Positions 48,191 through 57,041 of a DNA stretch of 64,000 nt are shown piece after piece (within the stretch, counting starts at the first letter, position 1; each line of letters opens with the position of its first letter). Both the position numbers and the translations under genes were made by a program. This DNA comes from an uncultured Chloroflexia bacterium (GTDB lineage Bacteria; Chloroflexota; Limnocylindria; QHBO01): positions 89,202 through 153,201 of the forward strand of contig CAWFKB010000007.1 of NCBI GenBank assembly GCA_963816215.1, in the 5' to 3' direction. Under the pieces are notes generated by a model, which saw only the letters and a program-made list of their open reading frames with translations, did not search any database and was not told the origin of the DNA.

Positions 48191-48265
48191 TGGAGCCGAA
48201 GGTGGGATTCGAACCCACGACCGACGGTTTACGAAACCGTTGCTCTACCCCTGAGCTACTTCGGC
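48191..48265 (-). tRNA. tRNA-Thr (anticodon CGT)
   Basis: Hand-folded: acceptor GCCGAAG/CTTCGGC, anticodon stem ACGGT/ACCGT with loop TTCGTAA, T-loop TTCGAAT, discriminator T + CCA encoded. Confidence 0.85.
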
Positions 48266-48331
48266 CTGGCGCCGCGCGATTCTACCGCCTGATCCTTCGG
48301 ACGCCAGATCGGTCCGCTACCCTCGGATCGC

Positions 48332-48823
48332 ATGACTGACGAAGCGCCTGTCCTTCGCGCGCCCACATCGTCGGACTACGACATCCTGATCGGTCAGATC
48401 AATGACTGGTGGGGCGGCCGCGAGATGCGCCACCTGCTGCCGCGCCTCTTCTTCCAGCATTTCGCCCCGCTTTCGTTCGTCGTGGACGGAGATGGCGACG
48501 CGGGACCCATCGCGTTCCTCATCGGCTTCGTGTCGCAGACGGACCCGGACCTGGGCTACATCCACTTCGTGGGCGTCCACCCAAATCGCCGCCGCGAGGG
48601 ATTGGCCGGACTGATGTACGAGACGTTCTTCGCGAAGGCTCGGGCGCGCGGCGTCCGGCGGGTGATGGCCCTCACCTCCCCGGTGAACCGCACGTCCATC
48701 GCCTTCCATCGGTCGATGGGCTTCACCCCGCACCCGGGCCCGGCCGAAGCGGACGGGATCCCGTACCAGCCGGACTACGACGGACCGGGCGACGACCGGG
48801 TGGTGTTCGAGCGACCGGTCTGA
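48332..48823 (+). CDS. GNAT-family N-acetyltransferase
   Basis: 163 aa, with an acetyl-CoA-binding-like segment HPNRRREGLAGLMYETF. Confidence 0.7.
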   Translation: MTDEAPVLRAPTSSDYDILIGQINDWWGGREMRHLLPRLFFQHFAPLSFVVDGDGDAGPIAFLIGFVSQTDPDLGYIHFVGVHPNRRREGLAGLMYETFFAKARARGVRRVMALTSPVNRTSIAFHRSMGFTPHPGPAEADGIPYQPDYDGPGDDRVVFERPV

Positions 48824-48824
48824 C

Positions 48825-49679
48825 TCAGGCCGTGGGCGCGGCCCAGCCGTGGAGCAGCTCGTCGTGGTACCGCGGCCCCCGATCCAGGGTCTTGGGGATG
48901 GGCGCCATCCTGGCCCGGCCCCGCTGGACGAGGGCGAAGTAGGGACACAGGTCGGTGAGCGGGCACAGGCCGCAGATGGGGCGCGGAGCACGGCACACCT
49001 CCCGTCCATGGCGAATGAGCAGGACGTGGCCCGCGTACATGGACTCCGGCGGGACGACCTCCTCGAGCAGGTCGTGAGCTCGGGTCAGATCGGTCCGCTT
49101 GGGGATGAGGCCCAGCCGCTCGGCGACGCGATAGACGTGGGTGTCCACCGGCAGCGCGGGCCGGCCGAACGCGAACAGGAGCACGATCGAGGCGGTCTTG
49201 CGCCCGATGCCCGGCAGTGCCACCAGCCAGTCCCGCGCCTGGTCGAGCGGCCACTCGGCCAGGAATCCCAGGTCCCAGGTCCCGTTGGTGGCGTCGCTGA
49301 CCTCGGCCAGGACCTGCTGGATGCGCCGCGACTTGGTTGGCGCAAGGCCGCCGGCACGGATCACGTCCTCCAGCTCGTCGGTTGGGGCGGCGAGGACCGC
49401 GTCCCAGCCGGGATAGGCGGCCTGCAGCGCGACGAACGCGCGGTGCGAGTTCGTGTCGGCCGTGTTCTGGGCCAGGATGGTGAGGACCAGCTCGGCCACG
49501 GGGTCCAGGCGCGGGCCCGACCAGGTGGGCCAGCCGTATCGCTCGGCCAGGCGGTCGAGGATGGGACCGATCCGCTCGCGCCGCACCCGGCGCTGCGCGG
49601 TGAGCCGGCGCCGTTTGGCGGCCGCCTTGGCAGCCTTCGCGGCTTTCGCGGTCGCCTTGGCCGAGGCCTTGGTGGCCAC
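48825..49679 (-). CDS. nth: Endonuclease III (HhH-GPD, 4Fe-4S) with Lys/Ala-rich N-terminal tail
   Basis: LPGIGRKTA HhH motif and FeS cluster C-x6-C-x2-C-x5-C. N-terminal ATKASAKATAKAAKAAAKRRR tail. GTG start 2 nt after the glycerate kinase stop. Confidence 0.8.
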   Translation of the reverse strand: MATKASAKATAKAAKAAKAAAKRRRLTAQRRVRRERIGPILDRLAERYGWPTWSGPRLDPVAELVLTILAQNTADTNSHRAFVALQAAYPGWDAVLAAPTDELEDVIRAGGLAPTKSRRIQQVLAEVSDATNGTWDLGFLAEWPLDQARDWLVALPGIGRKTASIVLLFAFGRPALPVDTHVYRVAERLGLIPKRTDLTRAHDLLEEVVPPESMYAGHVLLIRHGREVCRAPRPICGLCPLTDLCPYFALVQRGRARMAPIPKTLDRGPRYHDELLHGWAAPTA

Positions 49680-49681
49680 CC

Positions 49682-50857
49682 TCAGCGACGGGCGCCGAGG
49701 CGTCGGCCGATTCCGATGGTGCGGGCAACCCGGGCTGCGGCGTTGGCCAGGAGGCGCTCGGTGTCGGCCATGGCGGAGTCCAGCTCGACCGGTCGATCGA
49801 TGATCGGCTGGACCACGGCGAAGGCACCAGATGCCTCCAGGATCTCGGCCCCGGGGCCGAGGCCGCCGCACAGGAGGGCCACGGGGATGCCGCGCGCGTA
49901 GTGAGCCACGCCCAGCGCCGCCTTGCCGGCCAGGGTCTGCTCGTCGGCTCGTCCCTCGCCGGTGAGGACGAGATCCGCGTCCTGGAGGGCGGCGGGCAGC
50001 CCCACCAGCTCGGCCACCTCCTCGACTCCCGGAAGGACGACCGCTGACGTGAAGCCCAGCAGGCCGGCGGTCGTGCCGCCCGCGGCGCCGGCCCCCGGAA
50101 CGTCGGTGACGTCGCGACCGGTTGCCCGCCGGATCTCGGCGCCCCAGCGGACGAGCGCGGCATCGAGCTCCGCCACGGTGGCCGCATTGGCGCCCTTCTG
50201 GGGGGCGAAGGTCGCAGCCGCCCCGGCAGGCCCGGTCAGCGGGTTGGTGACATCCGAGGCGATCACGATCTCCGTCCCCGCCAGCCGTGGATCGAGTTCG
50301 TCCACCTCGACGTGATCGAGGTTCGACAACGCGGCGCCGCCATCGGGCAGCGGCTCGCCCCGCGCGTCCAGCAGCCGCAATCCGAGTTCCACCAGCAGGC
50401 CGGCGCCCCCGTCTGTCGTCGCCGAGCCACCGAGGCCCACCACGATCCGGCGTGCGCCCGCATCGAGGGCGGCGCGGATGACCCGGCCCGTCCCGCGTGT
50501 GGACGCCGTGCGCGCGTTGGCCGGCGTGCGCTCGGCAGCCGAGAGCCGTGCCAGGCCGCTGGCCTCGGCCATCTCCACGAACGCGGACGATCCAGAGTCC
50601 ATGGACAGCCAGGCGGCCTCCACCGGACGGCCCAGCGGGTCCACCGTGGTGCACACCTGCCGCGTGACCTGCTCCCCGTTGGCCGCGGCGATGGCCGTCA
50701 GCGTTCCCTCCCCGCCGTCCGCCATCGGGATCTGCAGGATCGTGTCGTCGGGTCGGATCGAAGCCCAGCCACGAGCGATGGCCTCGGCCGCGGCCACCGA
50801 GTCCAGCGCGCCGCCGAACGAGTCGGGAGCGACCACCACCCGCAGGGCGGGGCTCAC
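49682..50857 (-). CDS. Glycerate kinase (GlxK/GarK family)
   Basis: 391 aa, glycerate-kinase family throughout (VVAPDSFGG..., GGGAGLL...). ATG overlaps the upstream stop (ATGA). Confidence 0.8.
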   Translation of the reverse strand: MSPALRVVVAPDSFGGALDSVAAAEAIARGWASIRPDDTILQIPMADGGEGTLTAIAAANGEQVTRQVCTTVDPLGRPVEAAWLSMDSGSSAFVEMAEASGLARLSAAERTPANARTASTRGTGRVIRAALDAGARRIVVGLGGSATTDGGAGLLVELGLRLLDARGEPLPDGGAALSNLDHVEVDELDPRLAGTEIVIASDVTNPLTGPAGAAATFAPQKGANAATVAELDAALVRWGAEIRRATGRDVTDVPGAGAAGGTTAGLLGFTSAVVLPGVEEVAELVGLPAALQDADLVLTGEGRADEQTLAGKAALGVAHYARGIPVALLCGGLGPGAEILEASGAFAVVQPIIDRPVELDSAMADTERLLANAAARVARTIGIGRRLGARR

Positions 50858-52767
50858 GAGCTGAGCTCCTTGCGCCGGGCCAGGTAGGCGGGGATGGTGT
50901 TCATCGGCGGACGAATGGCGTCACCCACCTCGCGCACGTCCAGGGTGAATCGGCCGTTCTCCTGGCGGATCTGCTTCATGCGCTCCCCCATATCGGTCAG
51001 CAGCTCCAGGCGCTGGCGTTCCTCGAGCTTGGTGATGGCCGCCTTGAGGATGACGAACGCCATCCGGGACAGGTCAGGCAGGGACTGGTTGCGGTGGATG
51101 CGGCGCTCGAGGTCCACCTGGCCGATCCCGGACAGGCCCACGCGGTCGGCAATGTCGATGAGAAGACCGATTTCGACAGCGTAGCCGGTGAAGAACGGCA
51201 CCGATTCGAGCAGCTCGCGCCGTCCGGCGTATTCGCCCGACAGGGGCTGGATGACCCCGGACAGCTCGGGGAAGAACAGGTTGATCAGGGGCCGCGCCGT
51301 CAGCTCGGTGACCCGCCCACCCTGGTCCGGCTGGAGCTGCCCGCCAGTGACGATGGGACGCTGGTAGAAGCCCTTCACGTACTGGATCCGCGGCTCGCGG
51401 AGCAGTGGCCCCAGCAGGCCGTACACGAACCGGGGCTGGATGTTGCGGATGTCGGTGTCGACCCACACCACCAGGTCGCCGCGCAGCTCGTACAGGCTCT
51501 TCCAGAGCGCCTCGCCCTTCCCCACGTATGCGCCCAGCTCGGGGAGGATCTCGTCGTGCTGGCGGACGGCGGCGCCGAGCTCGCGGGCAATCTCGACCGT
51601 GCGGTCGGTGGAGGCCGAGTCGACGACCAGGAGCTCATCAACCAGCGGGACTCGGTCCATGAGCGCCTCTCGAATGCGGCGTATGGTCAGGCCAATCGTC
51701 TTCTCCTCGTTGAGGGTCGGGAGGCCCACGCTGACGGTCAGGGCCTGCCGTTCCTTGAGATCGACCAGCCGATGGAGGTCGCGGAACTCGCTGGCGTGGA
51801 ACGTGTTCTCCGCGAACCAGCGGTCAACAACAGTCGGCAGGGTGTTGCTCTCCTCGAACGCGGCATCGGCCGCCGGGAGGCTCCCGGCCTCGGCCCGCAG
51901 GTGCTCGAAGGTCCCCGCGGTCACGGGCTGTCGCGACTTCACCACCATCACCGTGGGGCGGGCGCGGGATGCCACCGTCTCCGCCAGGCGCCCGAACAGG
52001 CGACGCCCGGTGCCGCTCCCCGTGGGCTCCGCCGCGGCCCCGACCACCACCAGGTCGTGGTGGGCCGACTCGCGCAGGATGGCGCCGCGCACGGTCGGTG
52101 CCTCGATCACGAGCGGCTTGACCGTCACGCCCCGGGCATGCCGTTTGACGAGCCCGCTCAACGCCGCCTGGCTGCGGGCCAGCGCGTCGGGACCGCCCCC
52201 CGGCGGGACGACGTGAAGGGCCACCAGCTGGGCACCAAATCCGCGGGCCAGGTCCGCCGCGAGGGTCAGGGCCAGCTCGGCGTTGGGGCCGCCACGGACC
52301 GGGACCAGGATGGAGCTCACGCTCCCGAGGCCGCGCTGCTTGACCACGGCGATGTCACATGGCGCGTCGCGGACCACGTCGTCGATCGTGGTCGAGAACA
52401 CCGCTCTCCCGCGTTGTCCCTGTCGCGGAGGTCCGCCCCAGCCGAAGATGACGAGATCGGCCCCGATCTCGGCCACCGCCTCCACGATCCCGTCCGATGC
52501 CTGGCGGCCGATCCGAACCGCGGTCCGGACCTCGACCGACGCGTCATCGCGGAAGTTCGGCACCCGCTGCAGGAGGCGCCGCGCCTCACGAGCGCGGTTG
52601 GCGCCCTCGGCCAGGGACACGCCCTCGGGCACCTCGACGATGCCCAGGGCCGTGATCTCGGTCGCCCGCCGATGGGCCAGGTGCGAGCCGATCCGGACCA
52701 GGTCGCGCGCCGTCCGCGGGTTGGCCAGGGGCATGAGGATCCGATACGGCCCCCGGCGGCGCGCCAT
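50854..52767 (-). CDS. gpgS: Fusion of tandem universal stress protein (UspA) domains with glucosyl-3-phosphoglycerate synthase (GpgS)
   Basis: N-terminal about 300 aa are two Usp-like domains. C-terminal about 320 aa match GpgS closely: LPTLNEE, LVVDSASTDRT, GKGEALWKSL, GGRVTELTARPL, QPLSGEYA, GYAVEIGLLID, HRN. The ATG at 52767 overlaps the upstream stop (TGATG). Confidence 0.7.
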   Translation of the reverse strand: MARRRGPYRILMPLANPRTARDLVRIGSHLAHRRATEITALGIVEVPEGVSLAEGANRAREARRLLQRVPNFRDDASVEVRTAVRIGRQASDGIVEAVAEIGADLVIFGWGGPPRQGQRGRAVFSTTIDDVVRDAPCDIAVVKQRGLGSVSSILVPVRGGPNAELALTLAADLARGFGAQLVALHVVPPGGGPDALARSQAALSGLVKRHARGVTVKPLVIEAPTVRGAILRESAHHDLVVVGAAAEPTGSGTGRRLFGRLAETVASRARPTVMVVKSRQPVTAGTFEHLRAEAGSLPAADAAFEESNTLPTVVDRWFAENTFHASEFRDLHRLVDLKERQALTVSVGLPTLNEEKTIGLTIRRIREALMDRVPLVDELLVVDSASTDRTVEIARELGAAVRQHDEILPELGAYVGKGEALWKSLYELRGDLVVWVDTDIRNIQPRFVYGLLGPLLREPRIQYVKGFYQRPIVTGGQLQPDQGGRVTELTARPLINLFFPELSGVIQPLSGEYAGRRELLESVPFFTGYAVEIGLLIDIADRVGLSGIGQVDLERRIHRNQSLPDLSRMAFVILKAAITKLEERQRLELLTDMGERMKQIRQENGRFTLDVREVGDAIRPPMNTIPAYLARRKELSS

Positions 52768-54065
52768 CAGGACGGTTCCCTTTGCGCGCCAGCGGCCTGC
52801 GCCTGCCAGGCGCGCACGAGCCACGGCTTGAGGTCCTCGAACTCGCGCGCCTGGGCTTCGACCAGCCGCTCGGCCTGGTCGTCGGTCAGGTCACGGACCT
52901 CGTTGATGAATCCCGCCGTGCGCCCGAAGTACAGCCCCGTCAGCCCGGCCAGCAGGGCCTCGCGGTCCATCCCGGAGCGCTGGAAGGCCAGCAGCGCGTC
53001 GAACAGGCAGCGGATCCAGAGCTCCGAGGGAAAGGCGAAGGTGGACGGATCGTCCACGGACAGGGCCCGGACTCGCTCGAGCTGCTCCCCGGCCAGCACC
53101 CGCTTCCAGACCGTTCCCTCGGCCAGCCGCGCGTTGTCGAAGCCATGAACGAGCGCGGCCTGGTCCACCGTGATCGGCTCCGGGGCGATGACCCGCTCGA
53201 AACCGTACTCGGGCACCGGTTCGGAGCCCTTGATCGGCAGCCACTCGGCGGCCTGCTCTCCGGCCAGCCGGAAGAGGGTCCCGACCACCTGGCGGAACAT
53301 CGGTCCCAGGTCGCCGGCGGGGTCCTTGGGGTCGTGGACCTTGGCCCCCAGCCGGGTCTGGCACACCGCGAACCCGCCGGCCAGGGCGTGGTGGGTCATC
53401 CAGATGTCGATCCCGAACCGCGCCGTGCCCTCGTCCCAGTCGGGCAGCTCGAGCAGCGCCTTGACCAGGTCGCGGCTGATGGCGAACTCCCCGCCGATCG
53501 GCTGCCGCAGGCGACGCCCGTACAGGGTCCGGGTCAGCGGGTAGGCGATGTGGTTGGTGATCGTGCCGTCGTACTTGTGGCGGGCGTAGAGCGGCGCGAC
53601 GTAGTCGTAGCCGCCCTTCAGGATCGGTCCGGCCAGGAGCTCGATCCACTCGGGCACGATGCTGCGCAGGTCGGAGTCGACGAGGACGAGCGCCTCGACC
53701 TTCAGCTCGTGCGCGACCTCCAGCAGGGCGCGCACCGCCGATCCCTTCCCGCTGGGTCCCCGGTAGGTGACCGCGATCCGCCGCAGCCGGTGCGGGGGCC
53801 GGATGAGGATCATCTGCTCCAGGTAGTCGGGGCTCTCGGTCGTGACCGCCACCCGGGGCGTGTCGTCGGCGGAGCCGCCGTCCGCGTTCACGAGCACCGG
53901 TTTGAGGTCGGTGAAGTACTGGACCATGCCCGCCGTCGCGGCCCGCACCACGTACCCGATCGTGTCCGCATTCCCGAAGGACGGGATGCCCACCATGAGA
54001 TCCGCCTGGCCCACCCGGCGCACCGCGTTCCATCCGCGTGCGTCCAGAGCGGAGGCGACCTTCAC
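52767..54065 (-). CDS. GT-A-fold glycosyltransferase (GpgS/MpgS-like), specificity unknown
   Basis: GIPSFGNADTIGYVV and VNADGGSADDTP glycosyltransferase motifs. The GTG overlaps the upstream stop (GTGA). Confidence 0.6.
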   Translation of the reverse strand: MKVASALDARGWNAVRRVGQADLMVGIPSFGNADTIGYVVRAATAGMVQYFTDLKPVLVNADGGSADDTPRVAVTTESPDYLEQMILIRPPHRLRRIAVTYRGPSGKGSAVRALLEVAHELKVEALVLVDSDLRSIVPEWIELLAGPILKGGYDYVAPLYARHKYDGTITNHIAYPLTRTLYGRRLRQPIGGEFAISRDLVKALLELPDWDEGTARFGIDIWMTHHALAGGFAVCQTRLGAKVHDPKDPAGDLGPMFRQVVGTLFRLAGEQAAEWLPIKGSEPVPEYGFERVIAPEPITVDQAALVHGFDNARLAEGTVWKRVLAGEQLERVRALSVDDPSTFAFPSELWIRCLFDALLAFQRSGMDREALLAGLTGLYFGRTAGFINEVRDLTDDQAERLVEAQAREFEDLKPWLVRAWQAQAAGAQREPS

Positions 54066-54757
54066 CGGTTGATCACGCGCTTCTTGCGTCCCTTCCAGAA
54101 CAGGTTGGTGGGCCCGGGCGCCCGGTCGGGCTGGATGGCGATCACGATCCAGTCCTCGGTCGCGGTCCCCGGCTGGTAGCGCGAGTTGGCGTGCTTGGCC
54201 ACCGCCTGGCGGAAGCCGTTCTCGTGCCAGGCGTGGAACCACGACCCGAGCGGCATCTTGACCGATGGCGTGACTCGCACGCGGACACTCTCCGAGACCA
54301 GGCCCGACAGGAGCCGGCGCCGCTCCTGGTACGGCACGTCCCCCAGGAATTCGCCGTCGATCTCGACCACGTCCACCACCACGAACGCGCGCCGCTTCTC
54401 GAGCTCCGCGGGATCAGGCCCCTCTTCAGGCAGGTCGCCGGCCTCGTCGGCCAACGCCTCCGACCATCGCTCGGCCGCCGACCCATGGCCCAGGAAGGGC
54501 TGGGCGCTCCAGATCCCGTCGAGCACCGCCTGATCGGCGTCAACCGACACGGCGAGGACCTCGGCCAGCTCGTGGTAGAAGTCGTCGACCGGCACCCCCG
54601 ACCCATCGGTCAGGCGGACGGTCCCGTCGCTGATGGAAGCCACCAGGCGATCCCCGGTCCAGTACGGCTCGAACGACCAGTGCGGGCTGTTGATGCTCAC
54701 TCTCGACTCGGTCGCGAGCTGGGGAAGGATGGGCCCGACGCCGCGCTCGGTGGTCAT
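54062..54757 (-). CDS. ATP-dependent DNA ligase-like protein (second paralog) with motif-I Lys and motif-III Glu substituted. Probably non-catalytic.
   Basis: ILPQLAT...HWSFEPYWTGDR (motif I, K->Y); VLDGIWS (motif III, E->I); FVVVDVVEIDGEFLGDVPYQERRRLL (motif IV); NGFRQAVAKHANSRYQPGTATEDWIVIA (motif V/VI). ATG overlaps the helicase stop (ATGA). Confidence 0.55.
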   Translation of the reverse strand: MTTERGVGPILPQLATESRVSINSPHWSFEPYWTGDRLVASISDGTVRLTDGSGVPVDDFYHELAEVLAVSVDADQAVLDGIWSAQPFLGHGSAAERWSEALADEAGDLPEEGPDPAELEKRRAFVVVDVVEIDGEFLGDVPYQERRRLLSGLVSESVRVRVTPSVKMPLGSWFHAWHENGFRQAVAKHANSRYQPGTATEDWIVIAIQPDRAPGPTNLFWKGRKKRVINR

Positions 54758-56025
54758 CGGTACAGGTTGAGCTCGCCTTCCTCGACCTCCATCCCGACCT
54801 CGGTCTTGATGGCCTGCCAGGCGTCGAGGTCCCACTCCGCGACGAAGGTGATGGCCGTCCCCGCCTTGCCGGCCCGACCGGTGCGGCCCACGCGGTGGAT
54901 ATACGTGTCGGCGTCCTCGGGGATGTCGTAGCTCAGGACGTAGGGCAGGTCCATGATGTCGAGCCCCCGGCTGGCGACGTTGGTCGCCACCAGGAACTGG
55001 ATCTGGCCCGCCTTGAACGCCGCGAGCGTCTTCTCGCGCTCGCGCTGCGACAGCCCGCCGTGGAGGGCGGCCACGTTGCGCCCACGGCGCTTGAGGGACA
55101 TCGTCAGCCGGTCGACCCCGATCTGGGTGTGGCGGAAGACGAGGAGCCGATCGAACCCGAACGTATCGGCCAGCTCGACCATGGCCGCCACCTTGTCCTG
55201 CTCGGCCACGAAGTACACCAGCTGGCGGGTGGTCGCCACCGTGCGCAGCTCCGGCCGGATGGCCACGTGGTCCGCGTCACGGCGCATGAACCGGTCGCAG
55301 ATGCGCAGGATGGCGTACGGCATGGTGGCGCTGAAGAGGGCGGTCTGGCGCTGGCGCGGACAGCGGGCCAGGATCGTCTCCACGTCGACGATGAAGCCCA
55401 TGTCCAGCATCCGGTCCGCCTCGTCCAGGATCACGATCTGGACCGATTCCAGCCGCAGCTCCCCGCGTCGGATGAGGTCCAGGACACGCCCGGGGGTGCC
55501 GACCACGACCTGCGTCCCGCGGTGGAGGGCGGAGACCTGGCGGTCCATGGCCGCCCCGCCGTAGATGGCGACCGTTTTCACGTTCCGGAAACGACCGATG
55601 GCCGCGATCTCGGCGGTGACCTGCTGGCACAGCTCGCGGGTGGGGGTCAGGACCAGGGCCTGCACCGATTTCGACCCGGGGTCTACCTGCTCCACGATGG
55701 GAATGCCAAAGGCCGCGGTCTTGCCGGTGCCCGTCTGGGCCTGGCCGATGAGGTCATGGCCGGCCCGCAGCGACGGGATGGTGCGGGCCTGGACCTCGGT
55801 GGGGGTGACGTAGCCCATCTGCTCCAGGGCCCGGGCGATGGTGACCGGGACCTCGATCTCGCCGAACCGATAGCCCGCCGCGGCCGCGAGGACCGCGGCG
55901 GTCAGGGCCGAGGGGGGCTCGGCCGGCAGGTCGGTGGCGGGGGACGGACGGCCGTCAACGGCTGTCGGTGTGGTGGAAGCGCGGCGTCGGGTGCGGCGGC
56001 GAGGCGTGGTGGGAGTTTGCGGCAA
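54754..56025 (-). CDS. DEAD-box ATP-dependent RNA helicase
   Basis: Q-motif TPTEVQ, AQTGTGKT, DEAD (ILDEADRM), SAT, HRVGRTGR. I chose the TTG at 56025 (GGAG 7 nt upstream) because longer starts would overlap the divergent znuA. Confidence 0.75.
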   Translation of the reverse strand: MPQTPTTPRRRTRRRASTTPTAVDGRPSPATDLPAEPPSALTAAVLAAAAGYRFGEIEVPVTIARALEQMGYVTPTEVQARTIPSLRAGHDLIGQAQTGTGKTAAFGIPIVEQVDPGSKSVQALVLTPTRELCQQVTAEIAAIGRFRNVKTVAIYGGAAMDRQVSALHRGTQVVVGTPGRVLDLIRRGELRLESVQIVILDEADRMLDMGFIVDVETILARCPRQRQTALFSATMPYAILRICDRFMRRDADHVAIRPELRTVATTRQLVYFVAEQDKVAAMVELADTFGFDRLLVFRHTQIGVDRLTMSLKRRGRNVAALHGGLSQREREKTLAAFKAGQIQFLVATNVASRGLDIMDLPYVLSYDIPEDADTYIHRVGRTGRAGKAGTAITFVAEWDLDAWQAIKTEVGMEVEEGELNLYR

Positions 56026-56134
56026 CGAGGGCTCCGGTTCGAAAAACAGTGGTCGTGGGCCGATCGTAGCACGGGGTTCGGCGACTGGCCTGTCGCAGCC
56101 TGAACGCTTGACGAGACCGGGTATCATCCTCGTC

Positions 56135-57041
56135 ATGAGACACGGTTTCATCTCGGTTGGAGTCGCATCGGCCCTCACGGTCGGGATGCTCGCCGGCTGC
56201 ACGTCGTCTGCCAGCCCGTCGCCCGACGCCGCCTTGCACGTCGTTGCCACCACGACCGTGTTCGCAGACCTCGTGGCCCAGGTCGGCGGCGACCGGGTCG
56301 TCGTCCGATCCCTGGTCCCGGCCGGCGGAGAGCCCCATACCTTCGATCCGCGACCGTCGGACGTGATCGCGTTCGCCGATGCCGACCTCGTAGTCATGAA
56401 CGGGCTGGGACTCGATGACTGGGTGGTGGATCTCATGAGCGAGGCCGGCAGTGAGGCGCCGGTTCTCGTCCTGGGCGAGGACCTGCCCGGGTGCGGACTA
56501 CATCACCGACCCCGCTGAGGGCAGCACCAACCCCCACCTGTGGCTGAACGTCGCGTACGCCATCGGCTACGTCGATCGCATCGAGAGCGCACTCGCCGAC
56601 GCCGATCCGGACGGGACCGACGCCTACGCCCAGCGGGCCGACGCGTACCGGGCGGAGCTCGGCGACCTGGACACCTTCGCCCGATCGGAGCTGGCCGCCA
56701 TCCCAGAATCGCAGCGTCGGGTCGTTTCGTTCCATGACGCGTTCCCCTATTTCGCGGCGGCATACGGACTGGAGGTGGTTGGCACTGTGGTCGAGGCGCC
56801 AGGCCAGGACCCGAGCGCAGGGCAGGTGACGGCGCTGATCGACGCGATCCACGATTCCGGGGTCAGCGCCATCTTGAGCGAGGCTCAGTTCCCCGCCGAC
56901 CTCGTGGAGCAGATCGCCGCCGAAACGGGCGTGGAGGTCGTTTCGGACCTGTACAGCGACAGCCTGGGCGACCCGCCGGGTAACTCGTATGCGGGACTCA
57001 TGCGATGGGACGTGGAACGGATCAGCGAGGCGCTTCGATGA
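56135..57041 (+). CDS. znuA: Metal (zinc) ABC transporter substrate-binding lipoprotein, ZnuA/TroA family, with one apparent frameshift
   Basis: Lipoprotein signal MRHGFISVGVASALTVGMLAGC. TroA-fold N-half ends in-frame at about 56518, and the C-half (ADYITDPAEG...HLWLN...) continues in another frame from about 56490 (extra G in CCCGGG). Confidence 0.7.
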
